IMG/VR virus record: IMGVR_UViG_3300027668_000008
Span: 124,001 to 188,000 of that record
Direction: 5' to 3' (one strand)
Length of the DNA: 64,000 bases
Within the stretch, counting starts at the first letter, position 1, and each line of letters opens with the position of its first letter. Under the pieces are notes generated by a model. The model was not told the DNA's origin. It saw only the letters and a program-made list of their open reading frames with translations, and did not search any database. This document shows, one piece after another, positions 63,319 to 64,000 of the stretch. A program made the translations under genes and the position numbers.

Positions 63319-63999
63319 CTAAACCAAACTATCAAGTTTAGGTAAAAAATGTTGTTGTTGCTCTGTGCTTAAATATTCTTTTACAAAGTTTCTAACTAAT
63401 GTTATGTTATCGTGTGTGTATTGTTCTACTACATCTTTAGTTAAGTTATATCTTTTCATTACTTCTTCATCATATTTAAAGAATAAACTTTCATAATCAA
63501 TGATGTATGTTTTGTTTGTTGCAAAACTATTAACTTCGTTAACTCGCTGTTTGTAGTCTGATTCCAATAATTTTAAGTCGTTGTCTTCTAATGCGTTGTT
63601 TACAAACTTATTATATGTATTTGTTGTTCGGTTTTTAAGTAAAGTTAAAAAACTAATGTACCACTGTATTTCGGGCTTTGGCAAAATGTAATGTATCTCA
63701 TTTATATCCAAATATTCTTTTAGATATATTGGCACCCAATGCCACGATAAGTTTTCCTCTTTGCTTTCAACTAACTTGCGTATATTATCTTCGTAAATGT
63801 CTTGTCTTATAGTATGCCCAATTTTTAGATAATGATATGCATGAATTTTGTTAAAGAACATTGGTATCCATTTGACCGGACCTTCGACTTGAAATTCGTT
63901 GTTAGGTTTTTCTGTACCGCTTCCGTAATGGTTAACCATTACAAAATTCCCACTTGCTCCGGGTGGCCATATCCATAGTTCGTTAACTTGTTTTTTCAT
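63319..63999 (-). CDS. Sulfotransferase-like P-loop protein
   Basis: WIWPPGASGNF, IIDYESLF. Confidence 0.4.
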   Translation of the reverse strand: MKKQVNELWIWPPGASGNFVMVNHYGSGTEKPNNEFQVEGPVKWIPMFFNKIHAYHYLKIGHTIRQDIYEDNIRKLVESKEENLSWHWVPIYLKEYLDINEIHYILPKPEIQWYISFLTLLKNRTTNTYNKFVNNALEDNDLKLLESDYKQRVNEVNSFATNKTYIIDYESLFFKYDEEVMKRYNLTKDVVEQYTHDNITLVRNFVKEYLSTEQQQHFLPKLDSLV

Positions 64000-64000
64000 A

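Noticed and set aside
1-64000. Alternative genetic code
   Set aside because: Known genes (nrdA, nrdB, uvsX, guaC) are full length under code 11, and TAG/TGA terminate genes at expected ends

Overview
This AT-rich 64 kb window is a fragment of a large lytic tailed dsDNA phage, almost entirely on the minus strand. It has T4-like replication and recombination genes (gp32-type SSB, UvsX, UvsY, UvsW, gp41-type helicase, primase, NrdA/NrdB/glutaredoxin) and two promoter classes: sigma70 TTGACA boxes and T4-late-like TAAATA boxes. A permuted two-piece tmRNA, DUF1127 genes, an FdxA ferredoxin and a ROSE-like thermometer point to an alphaproteobacterial, probably marine, host (inference). The main candidate for an undescribed system is a ~10 kb envelope module: CsgF, CsgG, a curlin-like protein, a FecR protein, a larger curlin-like protein and an intact CHASE2 adenylate cyclase. 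It is flanked by four small membrane proteins and a stand-alone copy of the cyclase C-terminal tail. Other highlights: (1) a 193-aa minimal DnaE-like polymerase core; (2) a Pnk-like kinase whose Walker A is reachable only by a -1 shift at an A9 run, near a ligase-like protein, both in a cluster sharing a capsid-targeting-like N-terminus; (3) tRNAs with unusual anticodons, Arg-GCG and Ser-ACU; (4) dispersed ribosome-rescue and proteostasis genes (tmRNA, Smr, ClpP, ClpS, Hsp20, bS21, alarmone hydrolase); (5) three unassigned structured RNA candidates; (6) AGGC(A) repeat leaders. All calls come from motif recognition by eye; no searches were run.
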